The notes beneath the pieces were generated by a model. The model saw only the letters and a program-made list of their open reading frames with translations. It made no database searches and was not told where the DNA came from. DNA of 58,452 nucleotides, the filler included, from Basidiobolus ranarum (Eukaryota): assembly GCA_040143965.1 (NCBI GenBank). It is 6 parts of 6 records of this genome, joined end to end, with 100 filler letters (N's around TTAATTAATTAA, not from the genome) between each part and the next. Parts side by side here need not be neighbours in the genome. Positions count along the whole stretch, not along the records: positions 48,824 to 58,452 come from JASJQH010000798.1; 5 more parts are not named here. One strand, written 5' to 3'. A program made the translations under genes and the position numbers. Shown here piece after piece: positions 57,026-58,452 of the stretch. Every line of letters begins with the position of its first letter. Within the stretch, counting starts at the first letter, position 1.

Positions 57026-58452
57026 ATCAATTATTAGTGCTAATGAATATAAGTATTTAGGAACTTAACTGCAATACTTCAATAACCATATCCTCCACCT
57101 CATAATCAACCTGGGGTTAGTTATATCGCAAGTACTCATTTGCTTTGCTTCATTTGTTGTGTCTTCACAATTAGATAGTCTATAAAAGTGCCAAAAGAAT
57201 AGCAGCAATAACTTGACAGATATTAGAGCGTTAACTTTGTATTGTTAACAGTCCAGGTACCAAGGTATATTTGCCAATTATTAAGATAGTTAAGAGAAAT
57301 ATATGCCAAACAGTTGGAGCTATATTCTAATGGTAACCAAGAAATGAATGCGCCCCTAACATTTATAAGATTCACCAATTGTACAAGTTTCAACATTCAC
57401 TGGCGAAATACTTAGAATACATAATGACTAAGAACAACTCTTTCCACAAGAATATACTTGATTATAGATCCAAGTTGCTCTAGCCCGTAAGGAAGAAGTC
57501 ATGAAACTATGTCCAGACTATATGAATCATCGCATCTCACTCTACTGCATTTAGTAGAGTATTAGTTTTTTGAGAATTAACTACTGCATTAACCGGATCA
57601 CCACTGGTTATGCTTTTGTATTCGAGAAGTCTTCATAAGTACTTCTTACCTAGATATCTCAAGTTAATAGCAGTGTTATCATCCCATATTGTATTAAGCC
57701 ATTCGACTCTACAACCCATTTATATTTGAAAGAAATTCGCGCGCGAGTCAACGTACACGTTTGTAAGCCGAGTTCGAGTAAACTAACTTATCAGAACTTG
57801 GGATTTCTCAACAACTAAATAACTACTCAACTCTGGACACATCCTACATCAAGTGCAGCCTAACTTGGATAGAAAAAGGGTTAGCTGTTGCTTGCTAATG
57901 CTATTAAACCTGTATTTGGATGGGTTGAGTTAAGAATGTGATCCTGCTAACTCTGAGCTATTCTGACTTACAACTATTTAGTCATCACGATTTCTTAAAA
58001 ATCATGTTCTCAGAATCTAACTCTAACTGGAGGCCTTACTTGCTGCTAGTCAGCTTGTCAAGAAATAGCATTCTAAAATATTAAAGCGTTGCTTGCATGA
58101 GCCATATGAACCAATAGACACACAAAGTGAGAGGTCAAAGTATTTCAGGGCCATAACCTTAGAAAGCGAAGATTATCAATGAAACAGCCGACCAACAAAA
58201 ACCCACATACTCGTTTCAGGTTGATGATCCAAGCGACATGGTAGGATTTTTGATTTCCAAATCACCTCCGTTACTACATGATCGACTCAGGAATGATGAA
58301 AGAAATAAAATGCGGCGTCGGTGATTTGCGGAATGCTGACCACATGATAATGATAAAACAAAGCGGCCGAGCTTCAAATCCTTAATTACTTGATGCCTGT
58401 CCTGATCACTGACTCGTTTGCTGTAGTGGTAGTTGGAATTGGTGTCCTTCAC

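Noticed and set aside
58216-58452. 78-aa ORF at the window edge
   Set aside because: No recognisable motif and truncated; cannot be supported.

Overview
Eukaryotic, AT-rich, intron-containing DNA. Gene content (class V/VII chitin synthase, OCRL-type phosphatase, ABCD4) suggests an early-diverging fungus, possibly Zoopagomycota/Mucoromycota; this is inference. The window is not one locus. It is six ~9.6-9.7 kb contigs in descending size order, joined by identical 100-nt N44-TTAATTAATTAA-N44 linkers, so adjacency across linkers means nothing. Housekeeping genes: tricalbin, SERINC, seryl-tRNA synthetase, CaMK, acyl-CoA thioesterase, aspartyl aminopeptidase, LTV1, NDUFB3, OCRL, ABCD4, AP-3 sigma and CNBP/Gis2. 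Most notable: (1) contig 5 carries an expanding array of intronless bacterial-type (CrfC/YjdA-like) dynamin-like GTPases, with two intact divergent paralogues, a truncated third copy and a triplicated upstream module; (2) a secreted, Kex2-type peptide matching the arthropod pacifastin protease-inhibitor consensus; (3) a ~645-bp internally deleted Fanzor-like element with imperfect terminal repeats and a structured 3' end, sitting in an intron of an SFC1-like pseudogene; (4) a chitin synthase whose EDR and QRRRW motifs are degenerate. All family assignments come from motifs recognised by eye; no database searches were run.
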